A stretch of 64,000 nt of DNA from Bacteroidales bacterium. GTDB taxonomy: Bacteria > Bacteroidota > Bacteroidia > Bacteroidales > UBA10428. The position numbers and the translations under genes are program-made. Where the stretch lies: NCBI GenBank assembly GCA_035913795.1, contig JAMIIA010000061.1:231-64230 (forward strand), written 5' to 3'. Every line of letters begins with the position of its first letter. The stretch's first letter is position 1. Shown in pieces: positions 55,759 to 64,000 of this stretch. The notes beneath the pieces are model-generated. The model searched no databases. It was not told the origin of the DNA and saw nothing but the letters and a program-made list of their open reading frames with translations.

Positions 55759-58698
55759 ATGCAGTTTGTAATCGCTATCACCGAGCATCGCTTGCTGGGA
55801 TTTGTATTAGCCCCTTACATAGTAAAACGCGAAAAGGAGAAGGAGTACCTCGAAATTCACGACAGGGTTACTCTTCAGAGCCTGAAAACATACGAGCACA
55901 TGCTAAGTCCCGAGCAAGTGCAGGTTGTTCGATACATAGAAAATTACAACAATCAGAGTTTATTCAAACTCTTTTCGAAGAAGAAAAAACATACTCCCCG
56001 CGATTTTGTAGAAAACATTCCGCCTGAATTATTGGTTCAGCATGTAAAGCCATACATCGAAAAGCAGATTACAAAATGCCTCGATTTATTGGAGTTCAAC
56101 CCTATGGATGTCTACCATAAGGTGTTGCAGAATAAAATCTACGAAAAAGATAAAATTGACTTAGTGCTCAATAAATGTGAAACAGTGTTTCATTTCGATC
56201 GGAATGCTGAGGGAATAAGGTATAATTTAACCATCTACTATAACGAACAAGAAATTGCTCTAACCGGCAAGGCGGTAATTATTCTTGCCAACAATCCTTG
56301 TTGCTTAATTATTGATAACCAGTTATTCCTTATCCGCGAAATTGATGCAAAGAAGCTTTCGCCTTTTATTGATAAACCTTTTGTGAGTATAGCAAAAATC
56401 TCGGAAAAAAAATACCTCGAAAGCTTTGTAAAAACTGTAATTTCCAAACATAAGGTTGTCGTTAGTGGCATTCATATTCACTATAAGTCGGCCAATCCAA
56501 GGGTTGTTTTGTCGCTTGAACAGAATCTGCAAGGGAAATTTGCCCTAGTATTGAAGTTTATTTATGAAGAGAACACTATTTTCCTAGCAAACAGGCTGTC
56601 AGAAACCAAGGTTACTTTTAATATGCAACACGATGAGGCATCATTCGTATGCATTCTGCGGAATTACGACTTCGAAAACGAGCACATCGGAAAACTGCTC
56701 ACATTTGGCCTGGTGAATCGCGAGGGTCCATTTTTTGAACCAATCGAAAAAAAGCTAAACGTCCAAAACGATTTTGGCGTAGTGACCTGGTTAAATTACA
56801 ACCGGGAGATACTCTCTAAAAGTGGTTATGATGTAGCCCAAAGTAAGCTCGAGAAAAACTATTACCTCGATCAGATTCAGCTGAAAATAGAAGTTTCTGA
56901 ACAGGTTAACGACTGGTTTGATATTAACGCCGTGGTGCAGTTTGATAGTTTTGCAATACCCTTTGTAGATTTTAAAGAGCACATTGTTCAGGGTATTCGC
57001 GAGTACACTTTGCCCAATGGTAAGGTAATGATTTTGCCCGAAGAATGGTTTGAATCGTACAGCGATTTATTAAAGTTTTCGAATACTGATGGCGGTAAAT
57101 TAAAGCTTAAAAAGCAATATTTTTCCATCTTAAATAGCAGGGTAAGTCAGCTAAATACCAACTTCCGCGAGAACCTTAAAAAACTTCTGGGCACCTCGGA
57201 TCGAGAGGCTGAAAAGGTACCCGACGATGTGTTGGCTTCGTTGCGGCAATACCAGGTCGAAGGTTACTCGTGGATGTACCAGCTTTACCTGAATGGTTTT
57301 GGTGGATGCCTTGCTGACGATATGGGCCTAGGAAAAACCCTGCAAACCCTTACCCTTTTACAACGTGTTGCCTCAGAAAATTTGCTGCCTGATGCAAGTC
57401 CGGTTTCAAACCAGCTTGTGCAGCTTGACCTTTTTGCTTCACCGCAGGATTCATCGCAGAAGAGAACAACCAAAATATCCCTAATTGTTGTACCTACTTC
57501 GTTGATACATAATTGGGTTAATGAGAAGAATAAATTTTCACCTTCTCTTCGCATGCAGGTTTATGCCGGTCAAAACCGTGGTTTACTCGATGACTATTTG
57601 CAGCAATCGGATTTAATTATCACTTCGTATGGAATTTTGCGTAACGATGCTGAGCAATTCGAAAAAGTTGCCTTTCATACTGTAATTCTTGACGAAAGCC
57701 AGGTGATAAAAAATCCGGGATCGAAAACTTACCAGGCAGTAATGCTTTTAAAATGTGCCCATCGGCTTACACTTACCGGCACACCTGTAGAAAATTCATT
57801 GAGCGATTTGTGGGCGCAGTTTAATTTTTTAAATCCGGGTTTGTTGGGCAATCTGAATTTCTTCCAGAGGGAGTTTCAGTTTCCGATCGAAAAAAAGTCA
57901 GACCAGGCTAAGCGAGAAAGGCTGCAGCAACTTATTGCCCCTTTTATGCTTCGGCGCACAAAAGCTCAGGTGGCTACCGAACTGCCACCACTTTCTGAGC
58001 AGATTGTATATTGCGAGTTAAATGAGATTCAACAAAGCATTTACGAACGCGAAAAATCGAAAGCCCGAAAACTGGTATTGGAAAATATTGGAAGCATGGG
58101 AATAGGCAAGGCAAGTCTTCAGATCTTGCAGTCGCTTATGCGTTTACGTCAGATATCGAATCATCCGGCCCTGGTCGATGAGAATTACCTGGCGGGCTCC
58201 GGAAAATTCGACGAGATTACCCGTAATCTCGAGATTCTTCATAGCGAAGGTCATAAGGCTTTGGTGTTTAGTTCGTTCGTAAAACATCTCGACCTGGTGG
58301 CTCAATGGTTAGATGAGCGCAATATCCCTTACCAAACACTCACCGGCGAAACCCTTCACCGTGAGGAAGTGGTCAATGAATTTCAGAATAATGAAACCTG
58401 TTCTTTCTTTTTGGTTTCGCTTAAAGCCGGAGGTGTTGGACTTAATCTTACTGCTGCCGGTTATGTGCTTATGCTCGACCCCTGGTGGAACCCGGCGTCT
58501 GAAAAACAAGCCATCAACAGGGCGCATCGGATTGGACAAGACAAGCATGTGATGGTTTACCGGTTTATTAGCCGCGATACTCTCGAAGAAAAGATACTTC
58601 GTTTGCAAGAGCGGAAATCGCAATTGGCAGATATTTTTGTGAATGAGAATGCATTTAAGAACATTACAAAAGACGAAATTCTTGAACTTTTTGAATAG
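55759..58698 (+). CDS. SNF2-family helicase/ATPase with long uncharacterised N-terminal region
   Basis: 979-aa ORF. SNF2 motifs LRQYQVEGYSWM, ADDMGLGKTLQT (about residue 520), ILDESQVIKN, LTGTPVENSL. Helicase C-domain motifs (LVSLKAGGVGLNLT, WWNPA.E.QA.NRAHRIGQ). Confidence 0.9.
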   Translation: MQFVIAITEHRLLGFVLAPYIVKREKEKEYLEIHDRVTLQSLKTYEHMLSPEQVQVVRYIENYNNQSLFKLFSKKKKHTPRDFVENIPPELLVQHVKPYIEKQITKCLDLLEFNPMDVYHKVLQNKIYEKDKIDLVLNKCETVFHFDRNAEGIRYNLTIYYNEQEIALTGKAVIILANNPCCLIIDNQLFLIREIDAKKLSPFIDKPFVSIAKISEKKYLESFVKTVISKHKVVVSGIHIHYKSANPRVVLSLEQNLQGKFALVLKFIYEENTIFLANRLSETKVTFNMQHDEASFVCILRNYDFENEHIGKLLTFGLVNREGPFFEPIEKKLNVQNDFGVVTWLNYNREILSKSGYDVAQSKLEKNYYLDQIQLKIEVSEQVNDWFDINAVVQFDSFAIPFVDFKEHIVQGIREYTLPNGKVMILPEEWFESYSDLLKFSNTDGGKLKLKKQYFSILNSRVSQLNTNFRENLKKLLGTSDREAEKVPDDVLASLRQYQVEGYSWMYQLYLNGFGGCLADDMGLGKTLQTLTLLQRVASENLLPDASPVSNQLVQLDLFASPQDSSQKRTTKISLIVVPTSLIHNWVNEKNKFSPSLRMQVYAGQNRGLLDDYLQQSDLIITSYGILRNDAEQFEKVAFHTVILDESQVIKNPGSKTYQAVMLLKCAHRLTLTGTPVENSLSDLWAQFNFLNPGLLGNLNFFQREFQFPIEKKSDQAKRERLQQLIAPFMLRRTKAQVATELPPLSEQIVYCELNEIQQSIYEREKSKARKLVLENIGSMGIGKASLQILQSLMRLRQISNHPALVDENYLAGSGKFDEITRNLEILHSEGHKALVFSSFVKHLDLVAQWLDERNIPYQTLTGETLHREEVVNEFQNNETCSFFLVSLKAGGVGLNLTAAGYVLMLDPWWNPASEKQAINRAHRIGQDKHVMVYRFISRDTLEEKILRLQERKSQLADIFVNENAFKNITKDEILELFE

Positions 58699-59050
58699 CT
58701 ACTTTTCCCAAACTAGTTTTAATTGTTGCCTTATCTCAAAATATTTTCTGAATAAGTCTATGCATTCCATCTCTTATAGTTGTAAGAGTATTAGTCTATA
58801 GTTTAGTTTTGTGCGTAAAATTAGTCTCTCTTTGAGTCTTGGTGTCTTTGTGACTTTCTTTTTATTTGCCGCCAGGACTCAAAGGCTCTTAGAGTCACAG
58901 AAACCTATGCCACAGTTAAATCAGTGAGACCATAATTTTAAAAGTCGAAGACGCATTAAATTTTTAAGTCGAACTGATCCCGAAAGAGAAACGTATCGTA
59001 ATCTTTGGGTTTTATTCGTGAGACTTAAATTTTGAAAGCAGAAACAGTTT

Positions 59051-60460
59051 TTAGGCTTCGAGCGCTGTTAATCCAAGCTCTTCTCCTTTAATAAGCATAA
59101 GATTAAAAGCTTCGTGGTAATTGTTTCGAATTATTCCATCGAGTATGGCATCTTTGATGGTAGCCTTAATGATACCCACTTCTCTGCCAGGATTAATGCC
59201 AAAGGTTTTCATAATCAGCTCGCCCGAAACAGGAGGCTGAAAGTTACGGATGGCATCTTTTTCTTCCAATTCCCTTAGTTTTTGCCGTACAAGTTGAAAA
59301 TTTTTAAGATAGCGTTTTACCTTTTCATCGTTTTTAGAAGTTATGTCGGCTTCGCAAAGTTGCATCAGGTCGTCAATATCTTCGCCGGCATCGAAAAGAA
59401 GTCGCCGCACGGCGCTATCGGTAACTATTTCTTGCGAGAGTACAATTGGCCTTAGGTGCAGGAGCACCATTTTTTGAACGTATTTCATTGAAGCACCCAT
59501 CGGCAGTTTCAAAGTGCGGAATATTTCGGGCACCATTTTAGCTCCAAGATATTCGTGGCCATGAAAGGTCCATCCTGCTTTGTCTTCCCATTTTTTAGTG
59601 GGTGGTTTGGCTATATCGTGCAACAAGGCCGCCCATCGGAGCCAAAGATTATTCGAATTGGCAGCCAGGTTGTCGAGTACTTTTAAAGTATGAAAGAAAT
59701 TATCTTTATGTGCCTTGTTATTTTTCTTTTCTACACCTTTTAGTGCTTGAAGTTCAGGCAAAATATAAGGTAAAAGTCCGCATTGTTCAGCCAGTAGAAT
59801 ACCCACTGAAGGTTTTTCGCTGGCCATTATTTTGTTAAGTTCTTCTACGATACGCTCTTTCGAAACAATTTCTATACGCGAAGCATTCCGAGCGATAGCC
59901 TCGAGGGTTTCTTTCTCTATTGTAAAATTTATCTGGCATGCAAAACGAATAGCACGCATCATACGCAAGGGGTCGTCGCTAAAAGTAATATCCGGGTCGA
60001 GCGGGGTTCGAAGAATTTTATTTCGAAGGTCATCCAATCCACCGAAAGGGTCTACCAATTCGCCCCAGCTGGAATGATTAAGCGAGATGGCGAGTGCGTT
60101 GATTGTAAAATCGCGCCGCAATTGGTCGTCCTGGAGTGTGCCGTTTTCTACCAAAGGCTTCCGGCTGTTGCTCCTGTAAGATTCTTTGCGCGCGCCGACA
60201 AACTCCACATCGTATTCGGGCAGGTGCACCATGGCAGTGCCAAAATTCTTAAATACGTTCACAGGTCTGTTGCCCATTTTTTTTGCTACCCGGGTGGCCA
60301 GCTCAATGCCACTGCCCAGCACAACTACATCGATATCCTTTGTGTTTCGGTTTAAAAAAATATCGCGAACAAAGCCGCCGATAACATAGCATGGCTGCCC
60401 TGTTTCGTTAGTCAATTCACCAATTAGTTTCAGAACAGGTATGTCGATGTGCTTATTCAT
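59051..60460 (-). CDS. cca: tRNA nucleotidyltransferase (CCA-adding)/poly(A) polymerase family protein with HD domain
   Basis: 469-aa ORF. Head-domain motifs YVIGGFVRD..KDIDVV, RRDFTINA. Middle-region motifs DPLRMMRAIRF. HD-domain residues (HDIAKP). Confidence 0.8.
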   Translation of the reverse strand: MNKHIDIPVLKLIGELTNETGQPCYVIGGFVRDIFLNRNTKDIDVVVLGSGIELATRVAKKMGNRPVNVFKNFGTAMVHLPEYDVEFVGARKESYRSNSRKPLVENGTLQDDQLRRDFTINALAISLNHSSWGELVDPFGGLDDLRNKILRTPLDPDITFSDDPLRMMRAIRFACQINFTIEKETLEAIARNASRIEIVSKERIVEELNKIMASEKPSVGILLAEQCGLLPYILPELQALKGVEKKNNKAHKDNFFHTLKVLDNLAANSNNLWLRWAALLHDIAKPPTKKWEDKAGWTFHGHEYLGAKMVPEIFRTLKLPMGASMKYVQKMVLLHLRPIVLSQEIVTDSAVRRLLFDAGEDIDDLMQLCEADITSKNDEKVKRYLKNFQLVRQKLRELEEKDAIRNFQPPVSGELIMKTFGINPGREVGIIKATIKDAILDGIIRNNYHEAFNLMLIKGEELGLTALEA

Positions 60461-60565
60461 TCAGCCTTTTGTGTGGCAAAAATAATACAATTTAACATGC
60501 GCTAGTTTTTAATTGCAGCGAACAATCCTATCACACCGCTGTTAAACAATAAAATTTCAAACAGT

Positions 60566-60922
60566 ATGATAGAGCATCTTACCAAGGAAAGTTTCAGACA
60601 AAAGGTTTTTAACTTCGAAGTCAACAAAGACTGGAAATTTGAAGGCGATAAACCCTGCATGATTGACTTTTATGCCGACTGGTGTGGGCCGTGCCGTGCA
60701 GTAGCTCCCGTGCTCGAAGAGCTTTCGGACGAATACACTGGGAAGCTAAATATATACAAGGTTGATACTGAAGGTGAGCAGGAATTGGCAGCCATGTTTG
60801 GTATACGTAGTATTCCCAGCCTGCTTTTTGTACCCCTCGAGGGACAACCCCAGATGGCGATGGGGGCTTTGCCAAAAGAAAGTTTTAAGAAAGCATTCAA
60901 AGAAGTATTGGGAGTGGAATAA
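60566..60922 (+). CDS. Thioredoxin (paralogue of 46684-47043)
   Basis: 118-aa ORF. DFYADWCGPCRA active site. About 70% identical to the other thioredoxin by hand alignment. Confidence 0.9.
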   Translation: MIEHLTKESFRQKVFNFEVNKDWKFEGDKPCMIDFYADWCGPCRAVAPVLEELSDEYTGKLNIYKVDTEGEQELAAMFGIRSIPSLLFVPLEGQPQMAMGALPKESFKKAFKEVLGVE

Positions 60923-61154
60923 TATCCTCTCTTATTTTTTTCTGAAGAAGAATTCATTCTAAATACAACTTGCTGGAACCATGAATAATAGCAAACCCAC
61001 TGAGAATGAATGACTCTTGACAAGAATATTAAAATGCTTTGATTTCGCTGTGTTTTAAGTCTTGATTTTTCCTATATTATTTTTGTGGATTGGTCAAATA
61101 TCAGTTAGAAGTATGAAATTATTCCTTTAAATTATCGCATCAAAATTTGATGTT

Positions 61155-61955
61155 ATGATAATCATTGGCCAAATAGGAAAAGCTGTCGGCTTTGAGCAAT
61201 ATTTCGAAGCCACACTTCAGGATACCTTTACCCCGCATTGGAATATTCAACCAGGGCAAAGTTGTCAGATTCTTACAAGCGAATTGCCTCACGCCTTTAC
61301 CGAAGCCAGTTATGGTATGGTGCCTTTCTGGCTGGCCCAGCGCAAGGATTATACCGAAGCCCCAGTCGATGGAGGCCTAAGCTCTGATTCTGAGGCTCCC
61401 CTGAAAATTCGCATTATACAGGATCCGGCATTTCGCAGGCCCATACGCGAAACACGATGTATTATTCCGGCCGATTATTTTATTTGCCAGCAAAATGGCA
61501 TGAATTTTCTCTTTTTTCATCAAGATCGTTCACCCATTGCCCTTGCAGGGGTTTACGACCGCTGGAAACCCACTATAATGGATAGGGATGTGTACACCGG
61601 TTTTTCGCTTCTTACCCTTCCTGCACATGGCATATTTGCGCAACTCGGTATAGATCGTGCTCCTTTTATTCTTGATTCGGGCAAGCATTCGAAGTGGATA
61701 CGTGGCAATGCTCACCTGGTGGAAGTAACGCGGTTGATAGAACCTTGTAAGGATTCATTGTTAAACGCCTACGAAGTTGGCACCGAAAAAATATCAGCCC
61801 AGGTGAATGACAGAACGGTGATAATGCCTATCGGAGAGTTTATAAGACCTTACAAGGAGCATAATGGACTAATTGGTTCCTTCTTGCGTTCGCAGCGATA
61901 CCGTTTTAACCAAAAATCGGATTCAGAAAAGGCGGAACCAAAAATATGGCAATAG
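61155..61955 (+). CDS. SRAP (SOS response-associated peptidase, DUF159)-like protein lacking the catalytic Cys2
   Basis: 266-aa ORF. Colinear SRAP-like blocks: WNIQPG, YGMVPFWLA, RETRCIIPADYF, IALAGVYDRW, GFSLLTLPA..IDRAPFIL. The N-terminus is MIIIGQ rather than MCGR. An in-frame stop at 61128-61130 blocks any upstream extension. Confidence 0.6.
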   Translation: MIIIGQIGKAVGFEQYFEATLQDTFTPHWNIQPGQSCQILTSELPHAFTEASYGMVPFWLAQRKDYTEAPVDGGLSSDSEAPLKIRIIQDPAFRRPIRETRCIIPADYFICQQNGMNFLFFHQDRSPIALAGVYDRWKPTIMDRDVYTGFSLLTLPAHGIFAQLGIDRAPFILDSGKHSKWIRGNAHLVEVTRLIEPCKDSLLNAYEVGTEKISAQVNDRTVIMPIGEFIRPYKEHNGLIGSFLRSQRYRFNQKSDSEKAEPKIWQ

Positions 61956-62015
61956 TCGACTCGAAAGCGATTTGAGTGATTATACCAATGTTGTTTCGAA
62001 TTGAAATTTTATAGC

Positions 62016-62861
62016 TTATTCCGAAAGAATTTTTTGCAGAATTGAGCCGCTTTGTTGGTTGTTGCTTGCATTTACCACTCCCATAAGCATTTTGCTGGTT
62101 ACTATCATCGATATCTGCCCATTGAACCTATCATCAAAGGAATAGACTGTATCAGAATAAATTATTGTATCTGCTTTCATTTGGGCAGCATATCTTTTTA
62201 AAAGATCAGTACCCTCTGAATCAGATTGGTGCAAGATGCAAAATAGTTCATATTCACATTTTTCATCCCGGTAGGTGGCAGTTACAACATTTTTAAAGAG
62301 TTTATAGCCAAGAAAATTTTCCGGGATGTATTTTTCGCTATGTGCTACTTTGTATTTTTCAGGCAGAAGCCTTAATTCTGCTACTCCTTCGCTTTGGTTT
62401 GCCAGCTTTTCGGATATTGCGGTAGCAATGTCTTCAATGGTTTTAAGGGTAAGACTATCGGTTTGGTTCGAGTGTATTTTTACATAACAATAGCCGCTAT
62501 AGAAATTCAAAGCCGATACAGCCTTGTAGCCTTCTTTCCCTATATTCAGGAAATTGCCATCGCTGGGCCGCTCGAAAGCATAAATTCCAAAGGTATTCAA
62601 GGGCGAGGAATGCCAATACAGCTCAGCCTTAATGTAATTGTTTTCGTTGAGGGCATATTCCACCACTTCCAGTTTCTGAAAGCCAAACCTTAGATAATAT
62701 TCGGCAGCACCATTGATATACTCCCATAAGGTCTCGGTATCGAAAGTTCTTATTTCGGTTTCTCTTGTCCATGGCGTCATTTCAGGGAACAAATCATCCT
62801 GTGCCTTGCTAATTGGCAAATTGAAAGTGATAATTGACAGAAAAAAAAGAAATCGTTTCAT
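62016..62861 (-). CDS. Secreted hypothetical protein
   Basis: 281-aa ORF with signal peptide (FLFFLSIITFNLPISKAQ). No family confidently recognised. Starts 9 nt after the AKR gene stop on the same strand. Confidence 0.6.
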   Translation of the reverse strand: MKRFLFFLSIITFNLPISKAQDDLFPEMTPWTRETEIRTFDTETLWEYINGAAEYYLRFGFQKLEVVEYALNENNYIKAELYWHSSPLNTFGIYAFERPSDGNFLNIGKEGYKAVSALNFYSGYCYVKIHSNQTDSLTLKTIEDIATAISEKLANQSEGVAELRLLPEKYKVAHSEKYIPENFLGYKLFKNVVTATYRDEKCEYELFCILHQSDSEGTDLLKRYAAQMKADTIIYSDTVYSFDDRFNGQISMIVTSKMLMGVVNASNNQQSGSILQKILSE

Positions 62862-62870
62862 AACTAATAC

Positions 62871-64000
62871 TTAGGAAAGAAATTCATCTGGTATCGAGAG
62901 CAGCTTGCAAACCTCATTAATTTTGTTTGGCAGATTGAAGCCCTTCACGCAGGTGGCAGTGCATATTGTACAATCGGAACATCGATTCTGGCTGGCATCG
63001 ACCGACAGCAGAAGATCTTTTGCTTTTCTGGTTTCCTTGTAGCCAAAGGCATACATGTAGGCGCGCATCAGCTCAGGAACCGGAAGAGTATTCTTACACT
63101 CTGGGATACATTTTCCGCAGGCATTGCAATACAGTCCGGTTTGATTGGAAGCCAGCTGAAGATGCTCTTTCTCCATTTCATTTAACTCAATATTTTCCAG
63201 TACGGCAGCATTTTGTAAAAGCTGTTCGAGGTTAACCATACTCGGTATTGTGGTATGTATATTCTCATTCTGCAGCACCCATTTAAGGGCTGCCTGACAA
63301 TCTACTGGCTTGGTTTTTTCTTTGTTAAGAAATCCGCCTGCCATTACTTTCATGCCAATAATTCCTAATCCAGCGCTGGCAGCCTGGTTAATCGAATCCA
63401 TTAGTTCAAGACGATGTTGTTGCTGAAAATTGATGGCTGTAAGCACAATCTCATAGAAATTGCTTTCCAAGGCAGCCTGAATGACTTCTATCTCGTTTTT
63501 GTGGGTTGAAATACCTGTATGCCTAGCTTTACCTGTCGACTTTGCTTCGGCCATTGCTTCGAGCATTGCGGGATTAAGGACATCCTCGCGGCTGGAGACA
63601 GCATGCAGGTAAAGAATATCGACATAAGGCATCTGAAGGCGTGCCAGACTTTCGTCGAGGGTTTTAAGAAAATCATCCTTCGATTCGCTAATCTTTACTT
63701 TTGTTGCGATCACATAACTATCGCGATTATACTCTTTAAGCACTTCGCCTAACATTTTTTCGCTGTTGCCTTGTTGGTAGGAATGGGCTGTATCGAAATG
63801 CACAATGCCCAGTTTTAGGGCACCTTTTATAACAGCCGGACTGTTGCAGGCACCTACGCCAAGACTCAATACCGGAAGTTCAATTCCGGTTTTGCCGAGT
63901 TTGCGTTTTATAATTGTGTTTTGACTTTTTCCTTCTGCGGGTTGAGCATTTAAGGTTGTTGCCATGCCTAAGCCAGCCAGCCCGGCAATGCCTGTTTGCA
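62871..64000 (-). CDS. Aldo/keto reductase with C-terminal Fe-S cluster-binding Cys motifs (5' end outside window)
   Basis: AKR catalytic context (FDTAHSY, ATKV, LYLHAV). C-terminal CNACGKCIPEC and CSDCTICTATC motifs. The frame stays open upstream of the ATG at 63965 to the window edge (..QTGIAGLAGLGMATT..), which looks like the hydrophobic part of an export (possibly Tat) signal. Confidence 0.8.
   Translation of the reverse strand, partial: QTGIAGLAGLGMATTLNAQPAEGKSQNTIIKRKLGKTGIELPVLSLGVGACNSPAVIKGALKLGIVHFDTAHSYQQGNSEKMLGEVLKEYNRDSYVIATKVKISESKDDFLKTLDESLARLQMPYVDILYLHAVSSREDVLNPAMLEAMAEAKSTGKARHTGISTHKNEIEVIQAALESNFYEIVLTAINFQQQHRLELMDSINQAASAGLGIIGMKVMAGGFLNKEKTKPVDCQAALKWVLQNENIHTTIPSMVNLEQLLQNAAVLENIELNEMEKEHLQLASNQTGLYCNACGKCIPECKNTLPVPELMRAYMYAFGYKETRKAKDLLLSVDASQNRCSDCTICTATCVKGFNLPNKINEVCKLLSIPDEFLS

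Noticed and set aside
58699-59050. A structured housekeeping RNA (RNase P RNA, tmRNA, SRP RNA or tRNA) in the long spacer.
   Set aside because: None of the universal signatures is present on either strand: no GGAAAGTCCGGGC or ACAGAACCCGGCTTA for RNase P, no GGTTCGAATCC-type T-arm or CCA end, and no SRP GNAR tetraloop helix context.
1-64000. A search for mobile elements, CRISPR arrays, tRNA/rRNA genes, or island boundaries (long inverted or direct repeats).
   Set aside because: I found no transposase, integrase, recombinase or phage-like ORFs, no regularly spaced repeats, and no tRNA-like sequences in the intergenic regions I read. Gene content is housekeeping-like throughout, so I do not call any genomic island.

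Overview
This 64-kb window looks like a core chromosomal segment from a Bacteroidota bacterium. The evidence is the gliding/type IX secretion genes gldJ, PorP/SprF, porU and porV, many lipobox lipoproteins, and a Bacteroidetes-type -33/-7 promoter. I support about 56 protein-coding genes. I saw no rRNA, tRNA, CRISPR array, transposase, integrase or phage genes. Every functional call comes from motif recognition by eye on the supplied translations; no database search was run.

Layout:
1. 0.2-9.7 kb: an orphan receiver protein, murF, and a T9SS/gliding cluster (gldJ and PorP/SprF on the minus strand, diverging from porU-porV-ispF).
2. 9.7-20 kb: small stress and housekeeping genes (CoA-binding protein, tandem Usp, LemA-TPM-TPM-CapA, Zn-ribbon/Nif3, MerR, two tandem M23 peptidases).
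3. 20-28.8 kb: alaS, a lipoprotein prolyl oligopeptidase, and two tandem long-chain acyl-CoA ligases.
4. 28.9-35.1 kb: a three-gene module of secreted/envelope proteins. It ends in a double-propeller periplasmic sensor fused to a PP2C/SpoIIE phosphatase. This is my best candidate for an undescribed system.
5. 35.3-46.4 kb: eleven same-strand genes. A BtuFCD/FecBCD-type importer is followed by ubiE, a DHNA-CoA thioesterase and menF-D-B-A-C-E; menH is absent.
6. 46.4-52.9 kb: thioredoxin coupled to a small CxxxxC membrane protein, an S4 protein, and a histidine kinase plus sigma-54 activator. These diverge from a good -24/-12 promoter driving only an ABC ATPase (atypical signature motif) and TolC; a GNAT acetyltransferase follows.
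7. 53-64 kb: a lipoprotein/EEP nuclease-phosphatase pair, an SNF2 helicase, a 352-nt convergent spacer, cca, a second thioredoxin, an SRAP-like protein that appears to lack all catalytic residues, and a secreted protein plus an exported AKR/Fe-S oxidoreductase cut off by the window edge.
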